From: a virus
Lineage: Duplodnaviria > Caudoviricetes
DNA length: 64,000 bases
Reading direction: 5' to 3' (one strand)
Virus record (IMG/VR): IMGVR_UViG_3300025732_000016
How positions within the stretch are numbered: the first letter of the stretch is position 1; every line of letters starts with the position of its first letter. Below, piece after piece: positions 10,683 to 19,736 of this stretch. The notes under the pieces are model-generated. The model saw only the letters and a list, made by a program, of their open reading frames with translations, was not told the DNA's origin and ran no database searches. The position numbers were made by a program, and so were the translations under genes.

Positions 10683-11377
10683 TAGTTCTCCTTATAGCCG
10701 TGAACGATGGGGTAATTTCGCCAATCAGGCTGTCTATGAACCTCAGCCAGCCACTCGGCAGCCTCATACTCAAACCCGCATCTGCTGAAGTGAAATGTCA
10801 TGTTACAGTCAAAAGCGCAAATGCTTCTGTCGCTAATCTCACTCGAGATTGGAGGATTATAGAACGTCGTGTCATGCTCTTCAAGAGAATAGTTCACTGC
10901 ACTTTCATAGACCTGCATGAAAGAACTTGACTTATAGACACTACCACCGCAGGCTCCAAACCTGCCTGATCCTACACAGCCGCGATTTCTGAGTATCTCG
11001 CTGATTCCTTTCGGAGGCATTTGGTTGGCAGTCGGACCCTTTATATCGAATCCATCAAAATCAACTCTTTTCTGCACTAGAACATCATCCTCAAGAATGA
11101 TGATGTAATCTGTCTGAGCATGCTCGACAGCCATCTTGTGGCGATTCCAGGCTTCGATTGTTCTTTCAGAGTTGTAGAAACCTCTGTCAACACCCAAAAT
11201 GTTGTGACGCATGATAAATTTCGCGTCATAGACTTCAGCAATGTCTGTGAAGTCGCTGCCGCCGTCAGAGATCAATAGCACCGGACTGTCCGGATAACAG
11301 GCACGAAAACTCTTCATGGCCGCTTCGGTAGCTTTCTTGTTCTTGTAAACTTGGAAGAAAGCGCCCAATGTCTTCAT
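10679..11377 (-). CDS. Glycosyltransferase, GT-A fold (GT2-like)
   Basis: 'LLISDGGSDF', 'YIIILEDDV'. Start moved to the ATG at 11377 (GGAG upstream) to avoid overlap with the next gene. Confidence 0.75.
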   Translation of the reverse strand: MKTLGAFFQVYKNKKATEAAMKSFRACYPDSPVLLISDGGSDFTDIAEVYDAKFIMRHNILGVDRGFYNSERTIEAWNRHKMAVEHAQTDYIIILEDDVLVQKRVDFDGFDIKGPTANQMPPKGISEILRNRGCVGSGRFGACGGSVYKSSSFMQVYESAVNYSLEEHDTTFYNPPISSEISDRSICAFDCNMTFHFSRCGFEYEAAEWLAEVHRQPDWRNYPIVHGYKENY

Positions 11378-11414
11378 GACGATCTCCGTGTGGCTTTTCA
11401 ATTCAAAAATAGAG

Positions 11415-12230
11415 CTATTGGGCCATCTGGTAAAATAACTCAAAGTTTCTGTGAACAGTGTTGACGTTGACTAAAACGAGAAAATCACTTACTCTTTCCT
11501 TGAGCAGATATCCGAGAGCTATCTGGTCGTTCCCAAGAAGATCATTCGGTAGCATTTTGCACGTTAGCACTTCATCAATCATCTTATGAAGTTTCTTTGC
11601 TCCATCACGATCGGTACCGAACAAGCCTCCCATAACATAAGAACGATTGTCGTTGAAGTATTCGGTTGGAAGTCTTTCTGCAGAGAACAGATCAGAGTAT
11701 GGGTAGACATAGGCTTGAATCAAAGACTTTCCCGGATGTTTGCTGATCTCATTCATGAACTGATTGCCTGGGAAATCTTTGCTGGAGCCAAAGTCAAAGT
11801 CTCCAACCAACCGAGAGAAGCCTGCGTCCATCCACACAAAGTAATCAGTGTCAAAATAGTTTTGCTCTGCAGCGTTGTTCAACCACGGGAACTTTGAAAA
11901 CTGGATTATCGAATAGAGGCTGGTCTTGCACTCGATTCGATGTGGATCCTTAACTTTAGCTTGATACTCAGCTTTGTTAAGAAGCTCATCCATCTTTGGC
12001 TTGAGATGAAAGTATGGAACTTCATCGAGTCTTTGGTTGATGATTTTAGTTTCTCTGCCTTCTGGTCTGTTCTCGAGTATGAAAGAGTTTAGCGACTCCT
12101 CACAATAAATGACCATGGAACAACTGAGCTTGAGAGTCTTGGAGAACCACTCGTAGTACTCTTCCATCCCTCTACCGTCGAACTCCTTACGACCGATGTC
12201 GAAGAGAGCAGTCACAACTGTCGCTTTCAT
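11415..12230 (-). CDS. HtrL/YibB (WlaTC)-like glycosyltransferase
   Basis: 'VVTALFDIGR', 'Y..IQFSKF..L', 'YFVWMDAG', 'GGLFG', 'DQI'. Confidence 0.72.
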   Translation of the reverse strand: MKATVVTALFDIGRKEFDGRGMEEYYEWFSKTLKLSCSMVIYCEESLNSFILENRPEGRETKIINQRLDEVPYFHLKPKMDELLNKAEYQAKVKDPHRIECKTSLYSIIQFSKFPWLNNAAEQNYFDTDYFVWMDAGFSRLVGDFDFGSSKDFPGNQFMNEISKHPGKSLIQAYVYPYSDLFSAERLPTEYFNDNRSYVMGGLFGTDRDGAKKLHKMIDEVLTCKMLPNDLLGNDQIALGYLLKERVSDFLVLVNVNTVHRNFELFYQMAQ

Positions 12231-13190
12231 TTACTCTCCATGTCTGCTCATTATCTGTAGCACTTTTGGCACGTACACATCAGAAACTATGTGAGACCAG
12301 TCGAAGTTCTTTGCGTAATCTCTTATCTGCTCTCTCATCTTCACAGATGCGTTTCTATTTTCTATAATCGCGCTCTCTACGAGACGTTTGTCGTCGATGT
12401 CTTTTTCTGGTATTACGCTGATAAAAGGCAGACTAGTGTCAAGATTTGCAGATGCGTATTCGGATATCACGATCCCAAGACCCGCTGATAACGCCTCTAG
12501 ACAAACGAGAGGGTGAGCTTCTCCGTCGCTCAACAGGACCAGGTTCGCAAAATCTGTAAGACCTTCATAGATTTGAGACTTCTTCCACTCCCCAAGATAG
12601 TCGGGAGAAGAAACATCGAATTTTGGGTCTACGCAATTTCCAACGAACTTTAGACCAGAGACTCCTTGAAATTGTGACTGCCTCTTCCTCGGGTCTATCT
12701 TCGCAAGATAGACAGATTCATTGGGTTTGTTGCACTTCTCTGTGAAGTGAAATAGATCAGTCCTGACTCCGTTAGGTATCACATGTAGCTTCTCTTGTGG
12801 AATGTTCGCCTTCTTGTAAACTTCTGCGATTCCTGAGCTGAGACAGAACACGTCAATGTTCGCATTGACAAAGCCCCAAAAGATGTTTCTATAGCTTGGG
12901 TCCCACCTGTTTGGTTGTTCTAGATAGCCATAGTGGCTTGTGACCGCTACTTTCTTACAATGAAAGTACTGAGACAGAAACACGAACTCATCATATTGAA
13001 TGTGTACGAAGTCAGGTTGCAGACTGTTCACTATGCCTACGATTAGATTCGGGTCTCTTGTGTTGACTATCTCTACACGATGACCAAGACTTTCTAGCGT
13101 TTTTCGATAGTCCTCGATGAGAATCTCAACAGCTCCCCAGCCTTGAGGGGGTATTGACATTGCTCCAGGACCGACTATGCAAATCTTCAT
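12231..13190 (-). CDS. Glycosyltransferase, GT-B fold
   Basis: 'SIPPQGWGAVE', 'IPNGV', 'KIDPRKRQ', 'GEAHPLVCLEALSAGL'. Confidence 0.82.
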   Translation of the reverse strand: MKICIVGPGAMSIPPQGWGAVEILIEDYRKTLESLGHRVEIVNTRDPNLIVGIVNSLQPDFVHIQYDEFVFLSQYFHCKKVAVTSHYGYLEQPNRWDPSYRNIFWGFVNANIDVFCLSSGIAEVYKKANIPQEKLHVIPNGVRTDLFHFTEKCNKPNESVYLAKIDPRKRQSQFQGVSGLKFVGNCVDPKFDVSSPDYLGEWKKSQIYEGLTDFANLVLLSDGEAHPLVCLEALSAGLGIVISEYASANLDTSLPFISVIPEKDIDDKRLVESAIIENRNASVKMREQIRDYAKNFDWSHIVSDVYVPKVLQIMSRHGE

Positions 13191-13915
13191 CTAACACCTG
13201 CGAATCTTGGAAACTCTTTCATATCTTTGTCAAGGTGAACGAACTTCGTCGGAAAGTTGTTCCTTACGTGTTCATATCCGTGTTGTGGTTGCGCAAACCC
13301 AGGGTGTAAGGTCTTTACAGAACTCTTTCTTTGTAAGAAGTATTTGTTCATGTGAGACTCATCGTGCCAAACAGCTACGATACCTTTCTCATAGTCTTCA
13401 TCAACTTTTGCCTCGAGCTCCTCTACCATCTTCACAAATTCAGTAGACTTACCGCCCCAAAGACAGCCTTGCCAGTAGTTGCTAAGATCGTAGTATCCGT
13501 CGAAGATGTTTGCTAGAGATCTGGTGTCAGTTTCGAATGTCCCGATCTTACCAATGAACCCTGGGTGTTGCACTCCGACGAGCTCATCAAGAACTTCTTC
13601 TCCAACTTCGTCGATACACCATAAGTCTGCGTCGACGAAAAAGACGTAATCGAAATCAAGCAATCTATCTCTTGCTTGATTAATGAACTTGAAGCGATGT
13701 AGAGTGATGAAGGGCCATTTTGCGTGTTCAATTTGATGAAGAGAGACTCTTTCTCTCTTGAATGTCGAATCAGAAACATCATCAGTGAACACAACATAGT
13801 TCTTCTCGAACTTTCGCAAGAAGTTCTTCTCTATTCCTTCGTAGAAGCCATCGAAGAACTTTCGATATCCTGCTGTGCCGATGAAAATTATGCCAACGTT
13901 CACAATCTCACCCAC
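13187..13915 (-). CDS. GT6 family alpha-1,3-Gal/GalNAc transferase (ABO-like)
   Basis: 'FIGTAGY..FF', 'YVVFTD', 'WPFITLHRF', 'FFVDAD' (DXD), 'HPGF', 'YWQGCLWGG', 'AVWHDESHMNKYF'. Confidence 0.9.
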   Translation of the reverse strand: MGEIVNVGIIFIGTAGYRKFFDGFYEGIEKNFLRKFEKNYVVFTDDVSDSTFKRERVSLHQIEHAKWPFITLHRFKFINQARDRLLDFDYVFFVDADLWCIDEVGEEVLDELVGVQHPGFIGKIGTFETDTRSLANIFDGYYDLSNYWQGCLWGGKSTEFVKMVEELEAKVDEDYEKGIVAVWHDESHMNKYFLQRKSSVKTLHPGFAQPQHGYEHVRNNFPTKFVHLDKDMKEFPRFAGVR

Positions 13916-14661
13916 CCAGGCTCATAAATAGTCTCCCAGGTCTTGGGACCTTTCTCCCCAAACCATTGATTCGGAGAGATTACGGCTTTGCTTCCCGAGA
14001 GCCAAGCTCCCCACCAGCTGAATGATGAGTTTGCGATCACGTGGATCGGACACATTGACATCATGCAAAGCGAAACTTCTTGTGAAGAGTCATCGACAGC
14101 AATTTGTTCTGGCAGATTCTCTTTGCACCACTTCGGATCATCGCTAAAAGCCAGAATTCTTGCGTTTGGTATGTTCTGAAGAACGACACTAATCGCGCTA
14201 TTATAGTAGTCTGAGTTGAGATTCTTATGATAACTCGAAAGGCTAAGATAGTCTCCCCTGCGTATGTGTAGGCTGCAGATTGGGCTTCCGTCCATGGATG
14301 AAAGCCTTTCTCTTGCAACTTCAACGGTTTCTTTCTTGAAGGAGAAAATCTTTCTCAAATGGTCTTGTACGTGATTGAAGTATCTCCCAGACTGGAAGTA
14401 ACCATAGAGATCAGTCTCATCTGGTACGAGAAACACGCTAGGGTCAAACTCAAAAACTCTCTCTTGATATTGGGTGAGATTTTGAGTTGTGTCTCTGTCA
14501 GAGACCTGTACTCCTTCCATCTCAAAAACTTTAGTGAGATCTTGTTCAGTTGGCAAGCAAACCTTGTAGCCTCTGGCGAAACCAACAGAGTAGAGAGTGG
14601 CAAATTGGAACATCTGGTTCCCAAGTCGCCCATTCTTACCGATACTTTGCGAAGTCAGCAT
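13900..14661 (-). CDS. GT11 family alpha-1,2-fucosyltransferase
   Basis: 'GRLGNQMFQFA', 'YGYFQS', 'LHIRRGDYL', 'FSDD..WC', 'IANSSFSWWGAWL'. Confidence 0.93.
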   Translation of the reverse strand: MLTSQSIGKNGRLGNQMFQFATLYSVGFARGYKVCLPTEQDLTKVFEMEGVQVSDRDTTQNLTQYQERVFEFDPSVFLVPDETDLYGYFQSGRYFNHVQDHLRKIFSFKKETVEVARERLSSMDGSPICSLHIRRGDYLSLSSYHKNLNSDYYNSAISVVLQNIPNARILAFSDDPKWCKENLPEQIAVDDSSQEVSLCMMSMCPIHVIANSSFSWWGAWLSGSKAVISPNQWFGEKGPKTWETIYEPGWVRL

Positions 14662-15332
14662 GTAATACCATACACTCTAGCGTAGTGATGTGCAACAGCT
14701 CTTGGAACTCTTGAGTCATACTTCGGATTGTGAACGTGATGGTAGGTGATCAAGCTCTCTTGTAGATTGCCGAGTCTAGCGTGGGGTAACATTCTCATCC
14801 ACAGATCCATGTCCTCGGCGAAAGGATAGAACTCCCAGTAAGAGCCTGATTTCTCGATCAAGGAACTTCTAAAAACGACAGACGGATGCCCAATAGGGTT
14901 TCGACTGTTGAAGAGCCAAGAACAGCACTCTTCATGAGTTAGCGGGTAAGAAGTGGATGAAGTCCCACTAGACTCTGAGACTATCATTTGTGTACCGAGA
15001 ACGTCAACTTCTCCTGTTTCTAAGACTTCTATCTGCTTTTTGAGTTTGTGTGGTAACCACTCATCGTCAGCATCTTGCCTCGCGATGTATTTGCCTTGTG
15101 AAATTTTGATTCCTACGTTTAATGCAGGGACTATTCCTGGCTGAGATTCAACAACTTTCACTCTAGAGTCTTTGATAGACTTTGCAATTTCGAGAGTTGA
15201 ATCTACGCTACCGTTTACGATGATGATGACTTCAATCTCTCGATAATCCTGCTTCACTACGCTGTCAACTGATCTCACAAGAGTCTCTGCAGAGTTTCTA
15301 GCAGGAATGATGACCGAGACGAGTGGATTCAT
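14655..15332 (-). CDS. Glycosyltransferase family 2
   Basis: 'VSVIIPARN', 'NGSVDST', 'YIARQDADD', 'HPSVVFR', 'EDMDLW'. Confidence 0.9.
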   Translation of the reverse strand: MNPLVSVIIPARNSAETLVRSVDSVVKQDYREIEVIIIVNGSVDSTLEIAKSIKDSRVKVVESQPGIVPALNVGIKISQGKYIARQDADDEWLPHKLKKQIEVLETGEVDVLGTQMIVSESSGTSSTSYPLTHEECCSWLFNSRNPIGHPSVVFRSSLIEKSGSYWEFYPFAEDMDLWMRMLPHARLGNLQESLITYHHVHNPKYDSRVPRAVAHHYARVYGITC

Positions 15333-17251
15333 CTAGATCTCTCTCTCCAACCGACCATTGAAGCCGGCTGTTCTCTTCTAATCTTCACGCTGGGAGTGGG
15401 ATTGTTGAAGTCAAGTCTCTTGTGGAAAATCCATCCTCCCATTTCACTTTCCATCTTCGCTGCAAGACTTCTGATTTCTTCTTCAGTAACTTCCGACCAT
15501 GACTTTTCGAAGAACATGTTATTCTCAGGAACGTCTTCTTGAGTTCTATTGTAGAGACTCATCCAGTGCTTTGACCAGTAATTTTTGTAAGTGTAGATCT
15601 TTCTCTCTATGTCATACCACGAGTAGTGATAAACTCCTGGCAGCTGCTCAGTGACAGCGTTAATCCACGATTCGTAATAAGCTAAAGCTTCTTCATTGCG
15701 CAAAAGCGCATGTTGTCTAGAGATCTCTCCTTCTCGAGACATAAAGGTCGCAAAGGGAACACTTTCTCCAGTGTCGCTGTAAATGTAATCGCAGCCATCA
15801 GAGCCAGAAGAATACATTGAGCCGTCAGCATCATAAGCTCTTTGGTCTAGTGGGACGCCATGAGTGATTCTTGGATTGTTGCGACTAAGCCTCCATTTCC
15901 ATGGGTTGACGTCAACTCTTACTTTCCCTTCTCGACCCCAAAATTCGACAAGTGGTAATGCGATAATGTCAACTTCTCTTGGGAAGCTCTTAACAAGATT
16001 TCTAATCTTCGAGTAATCTTCTTCATGAACTACCTCGTCGATATCAACTTGCCAGCAGAAGTCACCCGTGCAACGCTCTCGAGCAATCGCTTTCTGCTGT
16101 CCGTCATAAAGAGCGAATCTCTTGTCGTCCCAGTCTCTCGCGTGTTGAAACGGCTTCAGACGAGGCTCAGACTCAGCGAGCTCCTGCAGCTTCTCCCAGG
16201 TTCCGTCCGTTGACCCACCGTCAACGACGATGACTTCATCACAGAACCCGAGAAGAGAGTTGATGCTCTCAATCCAGGGATACCTCTGCTCAATGCAGTT
16301 CCTCGTCTGCGTGTAACCGCTAATCTTCGGTTCCCACTCCATTGCGCTCCTGATGCCGTTCCAGAATGTTTCCCTGGCGGCGTAAAGGTAGGATTCAGTG
16401 TCGAGTGGATCGCTGGACGTGAACCACTCCTCATTTGCATGCTCGACGTTGTCATTGGTGTGAAGCTTGCAACCGAGCAGCTTAGCCTCGATGACCATTC
16501 GAGGGCAAGTGTCGCCGCCCTTTGGGAGGTAGACGAGACCCTCAGCAGTCGAAAGCTTCGTGAGGAAGTCTCCAGGAGAGACTCCGTGGACTATCTCGTA
16601 GTCATGCCCCTGTGACTTGCACCACTCTACTGCGTCATCGACTCCCTTGATCCAGGACGTTGAGCCCAATACAATCCAGCCCTTTCTCTCAGCATTTGAG
16701 TTCTTCTCCCTGAGCTGCTTGAGAAGAACCCAGAAGTCCTCTTCGAAGACTGAGGACAGGACACTCTGTGGCACGTTCTCGAGAAATGGGAAGAGCTTCC
16801 AGTATCTCTTCTGCTGTCTCTCAGACATCCACCAGAGAGACTTTGCTCCAAGGTAGAAAGTCGAGGCGAGCTTGCCCGCACTGTCGTTCTGACAGTCACA
16901 GGGCTTCTTCTCTGCTACCTCGTGCTTCTCAGGAGAACGGTACTTGCAGAACTTGTAGTCGTACTCGAGCACTGAGTACTTCATGTTAGCAACTATTGTT
17001 GGGATGAGGTCTCTGTTCAACCCCGCCCAGTTCCCAAAGATCCAGAACTTGCTGTGACCCTCCTCAAGGTTCTGAAGAGAGACGTCCTTCGTGTGGAGTT
17101 TGAATACCCTGAATGGTGATGACTTTATGAGAGCCTCAGTTGTGAGCTCCGCGCCACCCACCAGGTCCTCAGCAAAGAAGTCTGCGACGAACACAACATC
17201 GCAGACGCTCGGAACGTGCTTGTTTTGAATTTGAAATTGGCTACTGAACAT
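15329..17251 (-). CDS. Two-domain glycosyltransferase (GT-B-like N-terminus fused to GT2 C-terminus)
   Basis: N-terminal 'GGAELTTEAL...DTCPRMVIEAKLLGC'; C-terminal 'SLLGFCDEVIVVDGGSTDGT...WQVDIDE'. Start taken as the ATG at 17251. Confidence 0.8.
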   Translation of the reverse strand: MFSSQFQIQNKHVPSVCDVVFVADFFAEDLVGGAELTTEALIKSSPFRVFKLHTKDVSLQNLEEGHSKFWIFGNWAGLNRDLIPTIVANMKYSVLEYDYKFCKYRSPEKHEVAEKKPCDCQNDSAGKLASTFYLGAKSLWWMSERQQKRYWKLFPFLENVPQSVLSSVFEEDFWVLLKQLREKNSNAERKGWIVLGSTSWIKGVDDAVEWCKSQGHDYEIVHGVSPGDFLTKLSTAEGLVYLPKGGDTCPRMVIEAKLLGCKLHTNDNVEHANEEWFTSSDPLDTESYLYAARETFWNGIRSAMEWEPKISGYTQTRNCIEQRYPWIESINSLLGFCDEVIVVDGGSTDGTWEKLQELAESEPRLKPFQHARDWDDKRFALYDGQQKAIARERCTGDFCWQVDIDEVVHEEDYSKIRNLVKSFPREVDIIALPLVEFWGREGKVRVDVNPWKWRLSRNNPRITHGVPLDQRAYDADGSMYSSGSDGCDYIYSDTGESVPFATFMSREGEISRQHALLRNEEALAYYESWINAVTEQLPGVYHYSWYDIERKIYTYKNYWSKHWMSLYNRTQEDVPENNMFFEKSWSEVTEEEIRSLAAKMESEMGGWIFHKRLDFNNPTPSVKIRREQPASMVGWRERSR

Positions 17252-17291
17252 GCAGAATAGTTGTCTTCTGCGCGTCACCAGTAAACAGAAG

Positions 17292-17334
17292 AAGACTCCA
17301 CCTCAGGGCTTGAACAACCGAAAGGCGGAGTCTT
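17292..17334 (-). terminator. Intrinsic terminator-like hairpin after the fibre gene
   Basis: Minus strand AAGACTCCGCCT...AGGTGGAGTCTT forms a 12-bp stem (one G-U), followed by CTTCTGTTT. Confidence 0.55.
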
Positions 17335-17379
17335 AATAATTGTTCAGTTCTTCTTCAGTAGAGAACTGATACTCAATCT

Positions 17380-19689
17380 CTAAGACTGCTCATCCAGCTC
17401 AGGGACTCTCTCAAGGAGGAACTTATACCGCTTCCCAGTCTTGTTGAACCTGATCGAGAGGAAGTCTGGCTCTTCTATCAGAGTGTAGTCTCCCCTCTCA
17501 TTTCTGAGATGAAGATCGCCGGTGTAGATGTTAGCCCAGCGAGCAGTTGAGCTTCCAAGGTCCAGCGTTCTGTCACCGCTCGGTAGTATCGTTGTGCTCA
17601 CCTTCGCATTTGCGAACGATACTTGATCAGTGTTGATGTCATTTCCGAATGTGGTGTTTCCATTGACGACGAGACTGCTGTTGACAGTGGTGGTTCCAGA
17701 CGCGTTTCCAATTGTCAGAGTTGTTGCAGCTCCAGCAAAGTTCACAGTCGTAGCGACAGTATTGAAGACGCTCTGCGTTGTCTGGTTACCGACTAATGTC
17801 CCACCCTGAATCGTTGTTGTTCCGCCATTTGCTCCGATTATGACTGATGAACCGCTCAGCGTGAGTTCCTGTGCAACCGATGTGTCTCCTGCTGCGATCC
17901 TGAGTCCAGCACCTGCGCCAATTGTACCGCTTACTACACCGATGGGCACACCATGTCTCTCGAGCTGGAAACCATTGTTTCCAGCATTCAACCGTATGAG
18001 CGCACCGCTGATGACCAGGTTCTTGTTGCTAACAGCGCCGAACACCGCTGGGTTGCCAGCTCCGCCATCTTTGAAGTTGATGTACGAGAAGCCGTTGACT
18101 TGGAAGTCAACAATACCTCCGGTATTGGGGTTGAGCTCGATTGTGCTGCCCTTGGACGTGAGCTTTGATCCATCCGAAGAAGTTACGAAAGCTGTCGGTC
18201 CACCAAGCTCAAGCTTACCAGCCCTAAACGCCTGATAATCAACAACATTTATCGCGGCACCCACAGCGGCCGCTGTGGGTGTTGTATCAGTTCTCGCAAC
18301 CGTGAAGCCATCCGCGCTCTCATCCCAGAACATTGCAACGCTGTTCTCTCCGACGAGACCTCCTATGAAACCTCTATCGCTCAACGAGCCTGCAACCGAA
18401 CCAGAAGCAAAGCCCAGGCCTATCACTGGGTCCTGGATCTCCATCACTGTGGAGTCGATCGTTGTCGTTGTTCCGCTGATGTAGAGGTCACCCTTGACAA
18501 TCAGATTCTTGTTGACAGTCAGGTCATTGTTGACAGTTGTAGTTCCTGTGGCTGCACCGATATTGACAGTTGTTGCGGCACCTGCAACGCTGAGAGTCGT
18601 GACAGTCGTATTGAGAAGGTCAAAAGACGTTTGAGTGGAGGTGATCTTGTTTGTACCAGCGCCCGACGTGCCATTGACTGCGAGGCTTCCTGCCACCGTT
18701 GTCGTGTCAGAAACAGCATTTCCAAGTGTGGTGTTACCGTCAACTGTAAGATCATTGTTGATCGACGTTGTACCGGTGGCAGCTCCAATCTCAAGCGTAG
18801 TTGCAGCACCGGCAAAATTGACCGTGGTTGCAGACGTATTGACGAGATTGAAAGTGGTAGATGTCGTTGTTAGATCGCCGCCGTTGACTGCAAGATCATT
18901 CGAAGCTGAAACCACACCGACGAGAGTTGAAGTCCCACCCACAGTGAGGTTCGCACCGGCCTGCAGGTCACTGGAACCACTGATCACTCCGCCGTTGCTA
19001 ATAGAAGCGATAACCCCCGATGCAGTCTTGATGCTGAAGGACCCAGAGGTTATTACATTGCCACCGAATAAGGTGGCATTTGACCCAGCAGTGCCGACAC
19101 CTGCATTTGAACCAGAGAAGTAGAAGACGACGTCCGTGCCCTTGTCACTCGCAGCAGTGATGGTCTCGCCAGTCCTTGCGCCCGTGAATGCAACAGTTCC
19201 TGAGTTGTAGATGACTCCCGCTGCCGTCTCAGTGAAGAAGTTCGAGCCACCACCACCACCAGTCGAAGCAATCGTAACTGCACCGTTAGAGCCCGTTGTG
19301 ATCGTAACGTTGGTACCTGCAATGAGGTAGCTTGTTCCGTCTGCGAGCTTCGTGAGCGAACCGGTGAGACCAGCTGTCGTCGTCATTGCGCCGGATACGA
19401 CGAGTCCGTTCCTTGCAATGACTTGATCACCAATGTAGAGCGGTGATCCACCGAACAGTGTGCCGCTGATTACGACGTCACCGCCGAACACCGTTGTTCC
19501 TCTAACTGTGTAATCAGGGCTTGCAGCCGGAGAACCCGGAGAACGAGCCGCTATGTTACCTGAGACAAAGAATACTGCGTCTACGCCAGGCAGCGAAGGA
19601 TAAGTGGCATTGGGCCTGTTGGCAACAATGACCGATCCTGTGATTGCAACTATCGAGTTTGACCCCGATACGCTTCCAACTAACGCCAT
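17380..19689 (-). CDS. Tail fibre/spike-like virion protein (G/T/S/V-rich, beta-rich repeats)
   Basis: Recurrent 'SGS' and 'TTVNFAGAATTL.IG.A.GTT.VN' units. C-terminal 'RWANIYTGDLHLRNERGDYTLIEE' domain is shared with the next gene. Confidence 0.7.
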   Translation of the reverse strand: MALVGSVSGSNSIVAITGSVIVANRPNATYPSLPGVDAVFFVSGNIAARSPGSPAASPDYTVRGTTVFGGDVVISGTLFGGSPLYIGDQVIARNGLVVSGAMTTTAGLTGSLTKLADGTSYLIAGTNVTITTGSNGAVTIASTGGGGGSNFFTETAAGVIYNSGTVAFTGARTGETITAASDKGTDVVFYFSGSNAGVGTAGSNATLFGGNVITSGSFSIKTASGVIASISNGGVISGSSDLQAGANLTVGGTSTLVGVVSASNDLAVNGGDLTTTSTTFNLVNTSATTVNFAGAATTLEIGAATGTTSINNDLTVDGNTTLGNAVSDTTTVAGSLAVNGTSGAGTNKITSTQTSFDLLNTTVTTLSVAGAATTVNIGAATGTTTVNNDLTVNKNLIVKGDLYISGTTTTIDSTVMEIQDPVIGLGFASGSVAGSLSDRGFIGGLVGENSVAMFWDESADGFTVARTDTTPTAAAVGAAINVVDYQAFRAGKLELGGPTAFVTSSDGSKLTSKGSTIELNPNTGGIVDFQVNGFSYINFKDGGAGNPAVFGAVSNKNLVISGALIRLNAGNNGFQLERHGVPIGVVSGTIGAGAGLRIAAGDTSVAQELTLSGSSVIIGANGGTTTIQGGTLVGNQTTQSVFNTVATTVNFAGAATTLTIGNASGTTTVNSSLVVNGNTTFGNDINTDQVSFANAKVSTTILPSGDRTLDLGSSTARWANIYTGDLHLRNERGDYTLIEEPDFLSIRFNKTGKRYKFLLERVPELDEQS

Positions 19690-19736
19690 GTGATCTCTCC
19701 TTTACGAGTTTCAATGATTATGTATACGACTGCGAT

